Below are positions 29,627 to 38,459 of a DNA stretch of 64,000 nt, one piece after another; positions within the stretch are counted from its first letter, which is position 1, and every line of letters starts with the position of its first letter. A program made the translations under genes and the position numbers. The stretch lies in assembly GCA_024239035.1 (NCBI GenBank), contig JANBVK010000001.1:235010-299009 (forward strand), read 5' to 3'. Source of the stretch: Patescibacteria group bacterium. GTDB lineage: Bacteria; Patescibacteriota; Minisyncoccia; UBA6257; GWB1-50-10. The notes below the pieces were generated by a model, which had not been told where the DNA came from, ran no database searches, and saw nothing but the letters and a program-made list of their open reading frames with translations.

Positions 29627-29964
29627 TGTGGTTTTATACGATAAACCACTCCTCTACCAATTTTGCCCACTTGTTCCACGCCACCTTCTTTTTCGAGCTC
29701 CTCCATATAGCGGGCAACAGACCTGCGAGAGATACCTAAAACCTCACGAATATCGGAATTGGTAAGTTCTGGCCGCTCTTTAAGGAGTTCAAGGATTCTC
29801 ACTTTGTTCTTATTCTTCCTAACAGTTCTGTCTAGTGCGATATTACAAATTCCCGCAAACTCTTTCGCGGTGGTTGTGTCATGCTTTTTTGCCTCACTAC
29901 AAGACAACCAGAACAGGATAAACAAAAGGGCAACAAAGAGAAAAAGAAAGATTAATAAATTCAT
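29614..29964 (-). CDS. Membrane-anchored winged-HTH protein
   Basis: N-terminal TM; ILELLK..LTNSDIREVLGISRRSVARYMEELEKEG..GRGVVY. Confidence 0.8.
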   Translation of the reverse strand: MNLLIFLFLFVALLFILFWLSCSEAKKHDTTTAKEFAGICNIALDRTVRKNKNKVRILELLKERPELTNSDIREVLGISRRSVARYMEELEKEGGVEQVGKIGRGVVYRIKPQSEK

Positions 29965-30014
29965 GCTTTAAATTTATACCTGCTTTAGCTATCGTGTCAG
30001 ATCCTGCCGAGGTT

Positions 30015-30512
30015 TTAAATTTTCTTAAAAAGTTCGGTATCCATTATTCTCCACCACATCATTTCCTCGCTTACTTTGTATCTCTGAGCCAGTGATTTCA
30101 CATCTTTAATTCCTTCTGCAAAATCTCTTTTCAAAAAATCAATTGGCACTAAAAGCTCTGCCGCAAATTTGTTTACGGCTGTTTCTTCGGGATTCTTAGA
30201 ATTGAAATCATCACCATTATTTCGCAAATCGGCATGTCCCAATATCAGATGCCCTAATTCGTGTGCAATTGTAAATCGTTGACGATGTGGGTGATGATCT
30301 CGATTGTATGCAATTACATGTTTTTTGTTTTTGCTAATATGCGCGCCGGAAACCTTATTGATAAAAGAATGCGACACGAGTTCAATTATAATCTTTCGCT
30401 TCCTGCTAATATGTTGAATAACTTCTTTAATACCAATAGGAGGGTTATTTATTTGTAGTTCACTGATAATTCGACGCGCTAATTTTTGTGGGAATTGTAT
30501 TTTACTTTTCAT
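30015..30512 (-). CDS. ImmA/IrrE-family metallopeptidase
   Basis: RQRFTIAHELGH, E..VNKFAAELLVP, LAQRYKVS. Confidence 0.92.
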   Translation of the reverse strand: MKSKIQFPQKLARRIISELQINNPPIGIKEVIQHISRKRKIIIELVSHSFINKVSGAHISKNKKHVIAYNRDHHPHRQRFTIAHELGHLILGHADLRNNGDDFNSKNPEETAVNKFAAELLVPIDFLKRDFAEGIKDVKSLAQRYKVSEEMMWWRIMDTELFKKI

Positions 30513-31864
30513 AATTTCTTTTTAAGTATATCGATTGAATATTGAAGTTTTCGCTCTTCTTCTACTGTCAACCCCTGTTCAGACCTAAAAGCGACCTTAA
30601 CTACTGGATCATTTCTTTTAACAACGGTTCCTCCGTAACTTAATGGGAACCTTCTATCTATCAATTTTGGCTCAATCGCTTGATTGAGCACTTGTTTTAT
30701 TTCAAAAACATTTGCACGAGAACTTTTCTTTGTCGAATCAATTATAATAACAAACTCCGTATTGTGTCCTCTATCCTCTACGTTGACCCCAGAATATCTT
30801 TGTGAACTTACTCTATATCGTTTATATTTCTTAAGCACTATGTCGAGGTATCCTTTATCAGCAAACATATCTAACAGCGTATTGAAATTTACCAAACCAT
30901 CCGTGGAGTAACTTATTAAAATAAATCTGGCTTTTAATTTACTGATTAATTCTCTAAATGCTTCTGTGGCCGTATCTCGATAGCAATAGAAGCTCTTTCT
31001 CTCGGTTCGCCAATCCAATCTGATAGCCGATTTGTTGACCGTTTTGCCATTGACCAAAATCTCTTTGTTAATTTTTGGTTTATCCCAGAGGTCAATAGTG
31101 CTCAAAAGATGGTAATTTGAACCATATTGATGTTGATTATATGGAGGGTCTATATAAGCAATATCGCACTTAATATTAGAAGCCAACTCATTTGCGTCCT
31201 CTTTATATACGTTATTTTCTTTACCGTTATTGTGAAAAAGTGGCGGCTCAATCGTTAATCGACTTCTGATTCTATAGAGAGCAGTGCTCGTTGATCCACC
31301 CCACCCCCGATGATAGGCCTTGAAAACACCTGAGGTATTACTGCAGTAAGCTCCTTGAAAAATTAGTGGCGCTAACAAAACTCGCATCTCACTTTCATTG
31401 ATAGTTCCATCCTCTCTCCACTCTCGTATCTTTTCTCTGATCGCATCAATTCGTCGACCGTTCTCTTGCGTATAGAACATACGTTCTTTATCAGGGTTAG
31501 GATTTTCATCATTTGCTGGGCAATAGTACGTAGCAATATAGCCTTTGATTGGTTTGAGATTATTCAAAATACCAAACGCCTTCTGCATTCCGCCTAATTT
31601 TCTAAATGTTGGCGGGCGGTTTCGTTTAATATAGGTATGGTTGATCGTATAAGAATACGGCTCCCAATCATTACTAATGACTTGGTAGCCAAAAACTTTG
31701 GCTAATCTTGATATCACACCGCTACCTGCGAATACATCAAAAAACACGCCGGAGTTCACGCCAGTTTTGCGAACCGCTTGTTCAATAAGAGGCACTAACC
31801 GCCTTTTGTTCCCTATATAGGGTATGAGCTGATTATATGTAAAACTATCTTGATTGCGCGGCAT
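30509..31864 (-). CDS. N6-adenine DNA methyltransferase (D12/FokI-like) with C-terminal extension
   Basis: YIGNK, DVFAGSGVIS, YIDPPYNQHQY, ISYSTDG. Confidence 0.92.
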   Translation of the reverse strand: MPRNQDSFTYNQLIPYIGNKRRLVPLIEQAVRKTGVNSGVFFDVFAGSGVISRLAKVFGYQVISNDWEPYSYTINHTYIKRNRPPTFRKLGGMQKAFGILNNLKPIKGYIATYYCPANDENPNPDKERMFYTQENGRRIDAIREKIREWREDGTINESEMRVLLAPLIFQGAYCSNTSGVFKAYHRGWGGSTSTALYRIRSRLTIEPPLFHNNGKENNVYKEDANELASNIKCDIAYIDPPYNQHQYGSNYHLLSTIDLWDKPKINKEILVNGKTVNKSAIRLDWRTERKSFYCYRDTATEAFRELISKLKARFILISYSTDGLVNFNTLLDMFADKGYLDIVLKKYKRYRVSSQRYSGVNVEDRGHNTEFVIIIDSTKKSSRANVFEIKQVLNQAIEPKLIDRRFPLSYGGTVVKRNDPVVKVAFRSEQGLTVEEERKLQYSIDILKKKL

Positions 31865-31865
31865 A

Positions 31866-33383
31866 TTATCTTTGAGTTTGGGTATCCCTTATGAGGTTAT
31901 GCCAAAGTTTCTCTACATTAATGATCGGAATTTTGATCTTTTTCTTAGTAGTATAGATGTCATTCGGATAATTGCTGATCCATGCAGCTACAAATCTTGA
32001 TCGGGTAATATCGTCTTTCGGAGACTCGTGCGCACTAAACTCGAATGCATCATATTCTGCCTCAATTTCAAATAGTCGACCTTTATAACTATCAACATTT
32101 TGAATGATATCATGACGGATCGAAAATAAGTCCATTAAATCCAAAGATTTAAGTGATTTATTAAACCTTTCAGCAGGAACGAGGTCATCTAAATAAATAC
32201 AAAGGAGATCTGGATAGGCCGTATCCACCCGCACCACGAGAATTATCTTTTCTTCTTTGTCTTGTTTAACCTTAAGAGCTTTAGCTAAGCTTAGATTTTC
32301 TATATAGGAAATAACATTTACTTCTTGGTTTGCCTCTTTATACTTTTTAATAAGTTTAATTTTGTCCTCGAACGTACTTGTAATTTGGGCATGTAGCTGT
32401 TCTCTATATTTTTTGAGACGAGCGTTTTGAAATGGCGCGGTGTATGGAGCTTTACTAATGTCCTCAATTTTATTTAACTTGTGATATTCCGCGAGCGGGA
32501 GTATTGGTTGGCCTGTTTTGAAATATAACCATTCCTCACCGTTTTTAGGCTTAATAAAAAAGTAAAAGATATTAGCGGCGTCAGGTTCTAATTTTTTAAA
32601 CACTAAATTATCGAGGACTCGAAACGGGATAGTGTAAAAATCTTTATATTCCAAATCATCTGTTAATATTTTGAAAACAAAATTCGGGCAGTTTTGATGG
32701 TAGATAAAACTTTTTGGTATCGAGTAATAAATCCTCGGATGAGATTTAAGTATCTCCTCATAAGGTATCGTCGGATACGGAATATAAATATGTTCGCGCT
32801 TGTTGGTTTCAAAACAAGCCTTCCGTTGCTCAAAAAAATATTGAGACACTTTCCTGCCGCTGTTTGATATCTCTTGGATCACTGCACGCTTCGGCCACTT
32901 TTTATCATAATCTCGCAATTTAAATTCTTGAGTTTTGCGATCCAAGAAAACCTGTAACGCTTTCTCTACTTCTTGTTTGAATGCTTCAAACTTTTTATTG
33001 CTGACTTTCGTGATGTTTGTAAATTGAGGTTCAACATCACCGTCCGATCGAACCCTAAAAAGCAGGATACCATCTTTTATTGGTCTAAATAAAATCTCAG
33101 GTAACCTGTAGTAGTAATCATCAGAACCTCTAACAAGACCTATCGCATTGAGAACCATTGAAATGTTGCCGGGGAGCCCCCGTAAAAATGAGCGAATCTT
33201 TTTTTCTGGTACTGACCTACCAATACCCATCATCATTCCGATATAAGCAGGGTTGTCGCGAAAAAACTTTAGAATGTCATTAGTTGAAAATCGATTTGCT
33301 TTCAGCTTGCCATGTTGGACAAAAATGAGAAACTTTAATGGGACGCGGTCTTTTTTAATAACCATGGTTTGGGGATTATCCAC
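31866..33383 (-). CDS. Putative restriction endonuclease
   Basis: 505 aa directly upstream of the MTase; C-terminal AYPD...EIEAE PD-(D/E)xK-like variant. Confidence 0.55.
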   Translation of the reverse strand: MDNPQTMVIKKDRVPLKFLIFVQHGKLKANRFSTNDILKFFRDNPAYIGMMMGIGRSVPEKKIRSFLRGLPGNISMVLNAIGLVRGSDDYYYRLPEILFRPIKDGILLFRVRSDGDVEPQFTNITKVSNKKFEAFKQEVEKALQVFLDRKTQEFKLRDYDKKWPKRAVIQEISNSGRKVSQYFFEQRKACFETNKREHIYIPYPTIPYEEILKSHPRIYYSIPKSFIYHQNCPNFVFKILTDDLEYKDFYTIPFRVLDNLVFKKLEPDAANIFYFFIKPKNGEEWLYFKTGQPILPLAEYHKLNKIEDISKAPYTAPFQNARLKKYREQLHAQITSTFEDKIKLIKKYKEANQEVNVISYIENLSLAKALKVKQDKEEKIILVVRVDTAYPDLLCIYLDDLVPAERFNKSLKSLDLMDLFSIRHDIIQNVDSYKGRLFEIEAEYDAFEFSAHESPKDDITRSRFVAAWISNYPNDIYTTKKKIKIPIINVEKLWHNLIRDTQTQR

Positions 33384-33444
33384 GCTTTATTCCATTATAT
33401 ACTATCGTTCTGATTTTAAGTAGTTAATAGTATATAAATCAAAA

Positions 33445-33633
33445 TCAGAGATCTGGCCTATCCTGCCAATCGTCATAAAGCGGCACAGCAACATAAATCG
33501 CAATTAAAAAAATAAACGCCAAAAAGGCGATGAAGACAACCCAAAACCATCTCTTTTCTCCCGGAGAGACTTTTTTTTCCGAGTTTTTAGAATTAAAAAA
33601 ATTAGGGCCGGAGGTCCCACGTTGCTCATCCAT
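33445..33633 (-). CDS. Small single-TM protein
   Basis: MDEQ...KRWFWVVFIAFLAFIFLIAIYVAVP. Confidence 0.6.
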   Translation of the reverse strand: MDEQRGTSGPNFFNSKNSEKKVSPGEKRWFWVVFIAFLAFIFLIAIYVAVPLYDDWQDRPDL

Positions 33634-33709
33634 AGCCGAGTTTTTTGACCCGAATCGGAGGTATTCTTTCTTTAATTTAAGTCTTATAAAGCTTCTACTT
33701 ACTGTCAAC

Positions 33710-33777
33710 CCCGTACAATTACACCGCTCGCGCTATCCGAGCGCAAAAGACACGAAGTGGCGGTGTAATTATACGGG
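33710..33777. repeat. Inverted-repeat element
   Basis: cccgtacaattacaccgc ... gcggtgtaattatacggg. Confidence 0.7.
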
Positions 33778-33796
33778 ATCAAGACAAATCTTCCAT

Positions 33797-33893
33797 CGTC
33801 TTCACTTTGTCCACATATGTGGATAAACTGAAGACATGTTCCGTAAATTGAGTTGTCCTCACTTTATCCACATATGTGGGGCTTTTGAAGACA
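33797..33893. promoter_or_regulatory. Two tandem copies of the 40-bp palindrome upstream of the PaaX-like gene
   Basis: 33797-33836 and 33854-33893, core TCCACATATGTGG; TGTTATAAT at 33902. Confidence 0.75.
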
Positions 33894-33924
33894 GATAATA
33901 TTGTTATAATTCGGTAACACAAAA

Positions 33925-34440
33925 ATGGCTAAAACTTCTCGCGACACGTGGAAACATATAAGGGAGTGGAGCGGCTTCTTCAAAGACGAAAAAGCCGTTA
34001 CCGAAGCATCGGTGGACAAATTCCTGACGCATCACAAAAAAAGAAAACACTTGAAACAAAGTTTGGACCGCCTTATCAAACGCGGATTTATAAAAGAGCG
34101 AGGCGGCAAACTCACTCCAACAGATAACGGCATCCGCTTTTTCCGAAAGCATACCGGCGCGCGGCAAAACCCAAAGCGGTGGGACGGCAAATGGCGCTTA
34201 ATATCTTTTGACGTGCCGGGTGGCTACAGCATAAAACGCGACCAGCTGCGAGCGCTCCTTAAAGAGTTTAATTTCTATCCCCTGCAGAAAAGTGTGTGGG
34301 TGTGCCCAAGTTATGTCGCAGATGAGTTTTGGAAACTGGTGACCGGATATGATCTCGATAAATATTGCAAAGTAATGCTCGTAGATATTGTAGAAGGAGA
34401 CAAAGAATTAAAAAATCATTTCAGGCGATTTATTAGTTAA
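33925..34440 (+). CDS. PaaX-like protein (wHTH plus Cas2-like domain)
   Basis: LDRLIKRGFI..LTPTDNG, WDGKWRLISFDVP, RDQLRALL, LQKSVWV.P. Confidence 0.85.
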   Translation: MAKTSRDTWKHIREWSGFFKDEKAVTEASVDKFLTHHKKRKHLKQSLDRLIKRGFIKERGGKLTPTDNGIRFFRKHTGARQNPKRWDGKWRLISFDVPGGYSIKRDQLRALLKEFNFYPLQKSVWVCPSYVADEFWKLVTGYDLDKYCKVMLVDIVEGDKELKNHFRRFIS

Positions 34441-35693
34441 CGTTTCTTTCTCTTTCTTAAAAACGCCGGGATGTCCCACTCTGATTTATGAGAGTCTTTT
34501 TTCTTTGCGCTTTTCTTACCTCTCGTATCCTCCTCTCTTTCTTCCGCCTCCTTCACACTTCCTTCGTCTTTTATCTCCGTCACGCCTTCTTCCTTTAGTT
34601 CATCTTTTAGGAAAAGAGACGGCATACCCAAACGATTGCTGCTCATCAAGCCGTTGAACCCGGTGGCAACCACCGTTACTTTAATGCTCTTGTCTTTGAG
34701 ACTGCGGTCATAGTAAGCGCCGAAAATTACCTTAGCATTGGCGTCCAGGTTGGCTGAGATGGTTTTAGCTACCTCGTTTATTTCCGCCATTTTCAAGTCT
34801 CTCCCGCCGGCGACGCTAAAGAGTACCCGTTTTGCACCATCAGTGGAAATCTCAAGAAGAGGGGAATTAATTGCGGCTTTCGTCGCCTTCAGGCTCCGGT
34901 CGGCGCCCGAGGCAATACCGATGCCAATCAGCGTCGGTCCAGAATCTTTGATAATTGCCTTAATATCAGAAAAATCAACGTTTATAATGCCTGGTGCGTT
35001 TATAAGGTCAGCAACAGCACTAACCGCCTGCTGGAGAACCTCATCAACAAAACTGAAGGCGCGGGCGACAGAAGTGTCTTTGCTAATCAAACCAAAAATC
35101 CGGTCATTGGGAATTACAACCAGGGCATCAACTTTATCCTTCAAATTACTAAGTCCTTCTTGGGCAATCCTCGATCGATCCATTCCTTCGAATGAAAACG
35201 GCTTGGTAACGATGGCAACTGTCAAAATATTTTTTTCTTTTGCCGTCTCGGCAATAACAGGGAGAGCTCCAGTGCCGGTGCCGCCGCCAAAACCAGCGGT
35301 GAGAAAAACAATATCCGTCCCTTCCAACGCTTCTATAATTTCCGAACGGTTTTCTTCAGCCGCTTGCTTGCCGACATCCGGATTCATGCCGGCACCAAGT
35401 CCACGAGTAAGAGCTTTACCAATGTAAATTTTACGGTGAGCCAGCGTATGATTTAGGTCCTGAGTGTCTGTGTTTATAGCAAGGAATTGAACGCCTCGCA
35501 TCCGGTTCCCTTCCATCATTCTGGTTACGGCATTGCCGCCGCCGCCGCCAACTCCGACAACCTTAATAGACGTAACACCCGATTTTGCTTTACTCGGAGA
35601 TCTCAACTTTAATACCCTCCTTGCCTTTCTTGCTGGCCTTGATCTGGGTCTGGATCTTTTTAGTTTGGGTCTTCTTCTTATTCTTCTTGCCAT
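34437..35693 (-). CDS. ftsZ: Cell division protein FtsZ
   Basis: GVGGGGGNA, GGGTGTG, INVDFSD, DIPAFLR. Confidence 0.98.
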   Translation of the reverse strand: MARRIRRRPKLKRSRPRSRPARKARRVLKLRSPSKAKSGVTSIKVVGVGGGGGNAVTRMMEGNRMRGVQFLAINTDTQDLNHTLAHRKIYIGKALTRGLGAGMNPDVGKQAAEENRSEIIEALEGTDIVFLTAGFGGGTGTGALPVIAETAKEKNILTVAIVTKPFSFEGMDRSRIAQEGLSNLKDKVDALVVIPNDRIFGLISKDTSVARAFSFVDEVLQQAVSAVADLINAPGIINVDFSDIKAIIKDSGPTLIGIGIASGADRSLKATKAAINSPLLEISTDGAKRVLFSVAGGRDLKMAEINEVAKTISANLDANAKVIFGAYYDRSLKDKSIKVTVVATGFNGLMSSNRLGMPSLFLKDELKEEGVTEIKDEGSVKEAEEREEDTRGKKSAKKKDSHKSEWDIPAFLRKRKKR

Positions 35694-35704
35694 AATTATT
35701 GTTC

Positions 35705-36922
35705 CTACGGCACGAGGTTCCTAAAAAACTTTCTAACCCCGCCGATACTGCCTCCCGATTTTCTATTCTCTGAGTCTGCCCATAAAACCAATCCCACCGC
35801 CGTAGAAAATTCAGGATCATCCAGAAGTTCTTTGTGGGCGGAATTCAAAATCTCAAAACTACCAAGCTCCGGATAACCAACGTGGGCCGGCAACCGCAAC
35901 TCCCGCCTCACTAATTCAACCATACCGGCCAGCTTAACTCCTCCCCCAGTTACAACAACACCGGCTGGAAGCTGGGTGCTTCGCCCCAAGGCTTTCAGCT
36001 CATTATTAACAAGATCCAATATTTCCGCAACTCTGATTTCAATAATTTCAGCAAGGAAGCGCCTTGAAATGTCACCTTTGGCGGTGGGGTCAAAATCAAC
36101 AAGTTCAATTGTTTCTCTCCTTGAAATTTCCCTGGCAAGGGCGAATCCGTGGGTTAGCTTCAGTTTTTCGGCAGCATCAATTGAAGTTTTAAAACCAACG
36201 GCAATGTCATTGGTGATATACCCCACGCCAACCGGCAAACTCTTTACGTGCGTAACTTTATTTTCTTCAAAAATGGCCATCGAAGTGGCTCCAAAACCGA
36301 AGTCAATCATTAAAACCCCCAAATCTTTCTGCTTTTTCGTCAGTGTCGCCCGGGCGGCGGCAAGCGGGCTAAAAATTAAACCACCAACCCGGATCCCCAC
36401 CCGTTCCAAACTTTTTACAAGAAGATTAACTTGGGGTGAAAAAGCTTCAACAATAAGAGTAGATACTTCCAGTCGATTACCGGTCATCCCTAAGGGGTCG
36501 TGGATATCGCCCACGTCGTCAATAAAATACTCACGTGCGATGTTATGAAGAATCAAATGATTCGGCGAAAGCTTAACTGCCCGCGACCCTTGAATAACTT
36601 TTTCAATGTCGTCTTGCTGGATTTCTTGGTCAGGCCGGGAGACCACGACCACCCCTCTGGAATTACGAGGTTTAATATTCTCGCCGTTTACATTTACAAA
36701 AACGTTATGAACAGTCTTTTTAGAAATTTTCTGGAGATCAACAACTAAATCTCTCAAAATCCTAGTTGCGTCCTCCACGTCCACTAAAAGCCCTTTACGC
36801 AGGCCCGATGAGGGGTATTTAAGAGCAGCGACAACCGAGAGCTTGCCTTTTTTCTTCTCTTCGGCCACGACGCACTTTATCTGAGACGAGCCGATATCTA
36901 AACCAGTGATTATATTAGCCAT
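35705..36922 (-). CDS. ftsA: Cell division protein FtsA
   Basis: GLDIGSS, DPLGMTG, AEKLK, VVTGGG, STAVGL. Confidence 0.96.
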   Translation of the reverse strand: MANIITGLDIGSSQIKCVVAEEKKKGKLSVVAALKYPSSGLRKGLLVDVEDATRILRDLVVDLQKISKKTVHNVFVNVNGENIKPRNSRGVVVVSRPDQEIQQDDIEKVIQGSRAVKLSPNHLILHNIAREYFIDDVGDIHDPLGMTGNRLEVSTLIVEAFSPQVNLLVKSLERVGIRVGGLIFSPLAAARATLTKKQKDLGVLMIDFGFGATSMAIFEENKVTHVKSLPVGVGYITNDIAVGFKTSIDAAEKLKLTHGFALAREISRRETIELVDFDPTAKGDISRRFLAEIIEIRVAEILDLVNNELKALGRSTQLPAGVVVTGGGVKLAGMVELVRRELRLPAHVGYPELGSFEILNSAHKELLDDPEFSTAVGLVLWADSENRKSGGSIGGVRKFFRNLVP

Positions 36923-37328
36923 ATGAGAGTATTTTCTCTTCTAATCGTTCCATCTCTATCCTATCACTCTTTTTCGTGTGTGTGTATCCCAAGAGGTGGA
37001 GCAAGCCATGAATCGTGAGACGGCCTAAATTTTCTCCTCGACGGTGAATATGGCCCGGTGCCAGGTAAATCTCACCAAGGTAAGAAAGACGGCTCTCCGG
37101 ATGCGGCCATTTTTCTGATCGTTCTTTAAAACTCAAAACGTCAGTAATTTTATCCCTTTTGCGAAACTCTTTATTCAACAACTGCATCCTCTGGTCGCTA
37201 ATAAGGTATATTTCCAGTTGAACACCACCTTTCTTAAGGTAAGTTAGAGCAAGCTTAGCTGCTTCTTTAGCCTCTTTCTCCAACCCTCTAAATTTCTTAC
37301 TCAAACTAAAAACGGATACTCTGTTCAT
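36915..37328 (-). CDS. ybeY: rRNA maturation endoribonuclease YbeY
   Basis: TDVLSF, LGEI, HGLLHLLGYTH. Confidence 0.95.
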   Translation of the reverse strand: MNRVSVFSLSKKFRGLEKEAKEAAKLALTYLKKGGVQLEIYLISDQRMQLLNKEFRKRDKITDVLSFKERSEKWPHPESRLSYLGEIYLAPGHIHRRGENLGRLTIHGLLHLLGYTHTKKSDRIEMERLEEKILSYG

Positions 37329-37347
37329 GCTGAACCGATTTGTTCTA

Positions 37348-37824
37348 CTACTCGTGAACTCCCTCTAATTTCTTTTTTATTAATCCGGCAACCATTTGTG
37401 CGTCGGCCTTGCCTTTAAGCTGTTTCATTGCATCCCCCATCACTTTACCAAAATCAGCCGGACCTCCCGGTTTCACTCGCACCATTGTCTCGTCAAGAAT
37501 TTTTACTATCTCCTCCTCATTCATCTGGGAAGGCAGATACTCCTCAATAATGTTAAGTTCTTTCTCCTCCTTCTCGGCTAATTCGCCTCTCTTTCCTTTC
37601 TTATACATTTCAATCGCCTCTTTCCTCTTTTTCGCTTCTTTTCTTAAAACCTCTAAAACCTCATCATCTCCCAGGACAACTTCTTTCCCTTCACTCTTTC
37701 CTTTCTTCTCAATTTCTAAGTTATGAGTTGCCGAGAGGACCAAGCGTAGAGTTCCGCTTCGCAACCCATCCTTTTCCTTCAATGCTTGAACTAAGTCACT
37801 CTTTATTTTCTCCTCCAATGTCAT
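37348..37824 (-). CDS. GatB/YqeY domain protein
   Basis: KKRKEAI..Y, YLP.Q, FGKVMG, GKAD. Confidence 0.92.
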   Translation of the reverse strand: MTLEEKIKSDLVQALKEKDGLRSGTLRLVLSATHNLEIEKKGKSEGKEVVLGDDEVLEVLRKEAKKRKEAIEMYKKGKRGELAEKEEKELNIIEEYLPSQMNEEEIVKILDETMVRVKPGGPADFGKVMGDAMKQLKGKADAQMVAGLIKKKLEGVHE

Positions 37825-38036
37825 GAATGGCCGTATTTTCTCTGCCGAGCAACTTGTTTCTTTTTTTGGATGCGATAAAGAGCAGAAGCGCGCCGTTTGT
37901 TGCGATTCACATTTCTGGAATGAAAACGCCTTTTCTTTGCTTCTTTAAGAATTCCGCTTTGCCTAATCCTCTTATTAAAGCGGTATAGAAACGAGCCTAG
38001 ACTTTCTCCTTCCTTTTTTTTTATTTCGATGGGCAT
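37821..38036 (-). CDS. rpsU: 30S ribosomal protein S21
   Basis: KKEGES..LYRFNKRIRQSGILKEAKKRRF. Confidence 0.85.
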   Translation of the reverse strand: MPIEIKKKEGESLGSFLYRFNKRIRQSGILKEAKKRRFHSRNVNRNKRRASALYRIQKKKQVARQRKYGHS

Positions 38037-38048
38037 ATACGTTAAAAA

Positions 38049-38459
38049 TTAGCTCGCTTTCAAAATTTTTTCTTTTATCACCTGTAATGACTCCTTCGGC
38101 GGGTTGTTGACCACTCCGTGAATGGAGGTACCGCCGTCGCTATTATAACGAGGAATAACAAGAACATGCAAGTGGTCGATCGCCTGACCAACTTTATGGT
38201 TAATGCCTATCGTAAAGCCGTCTGGTTTAATCGTTTTATCCAAAAGGTCGGTAACTTTCTTCACTGCTCGGAATAAAAGATTAACCTCATCATCCGAAAG
38301 TTCAAGAATGTTCTCGGCATGAGTTCTTGGTATAACTACTGTTTGACCCGGCGCGAGCGGATTCACATCTAATAAACCAAGTGCCGACTCATCTTCATAA
38401 ATAATGTTATCGGCAGGAACTTCCTTATTAGCTATCTTACAAAATAGACAATCACTCAT
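38049..38459 (-). CDS. HIT family protein
   Basis: DCLFCKI, D.NP.APG, GQAIDHLHVLVIPR. Confidence 0.92.
   Translation of the reverse strand: MSDCLFCKIANKEVPADNIIYEDESALGLLDVNPLAPGQTVVIPRTHAENILELSDDEVNLLFRAVKKVTDLLDKTIKPDGFTIGINHKVGQAIDHLHVLVIPRYNSDGGTSIHGVVNNPPKESLQVIKEKILKAS

Noticed and set aside
29461-29739. 92-aa ORF
   Set aside because: Starts inside the palindrome, runs through the repeated non-coding module and overlaps the HTH gene
18600-33900. Intact prophage or IS element
   Set aside because: No structural, terminase, integrase or transposase genes recognised
33925-34440. cas2 / CRISPR-Cas locus
   Set aside because: wHTH plus WDGKW motif indicates a PaaX-like protein; no cas1 or array
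34738-36748. Long plus-strand ORFs opposite ftsZ/ftsA, and similar antisense ORFs elsewhere
   Set aside because: Antisense shadows of well-supported genes
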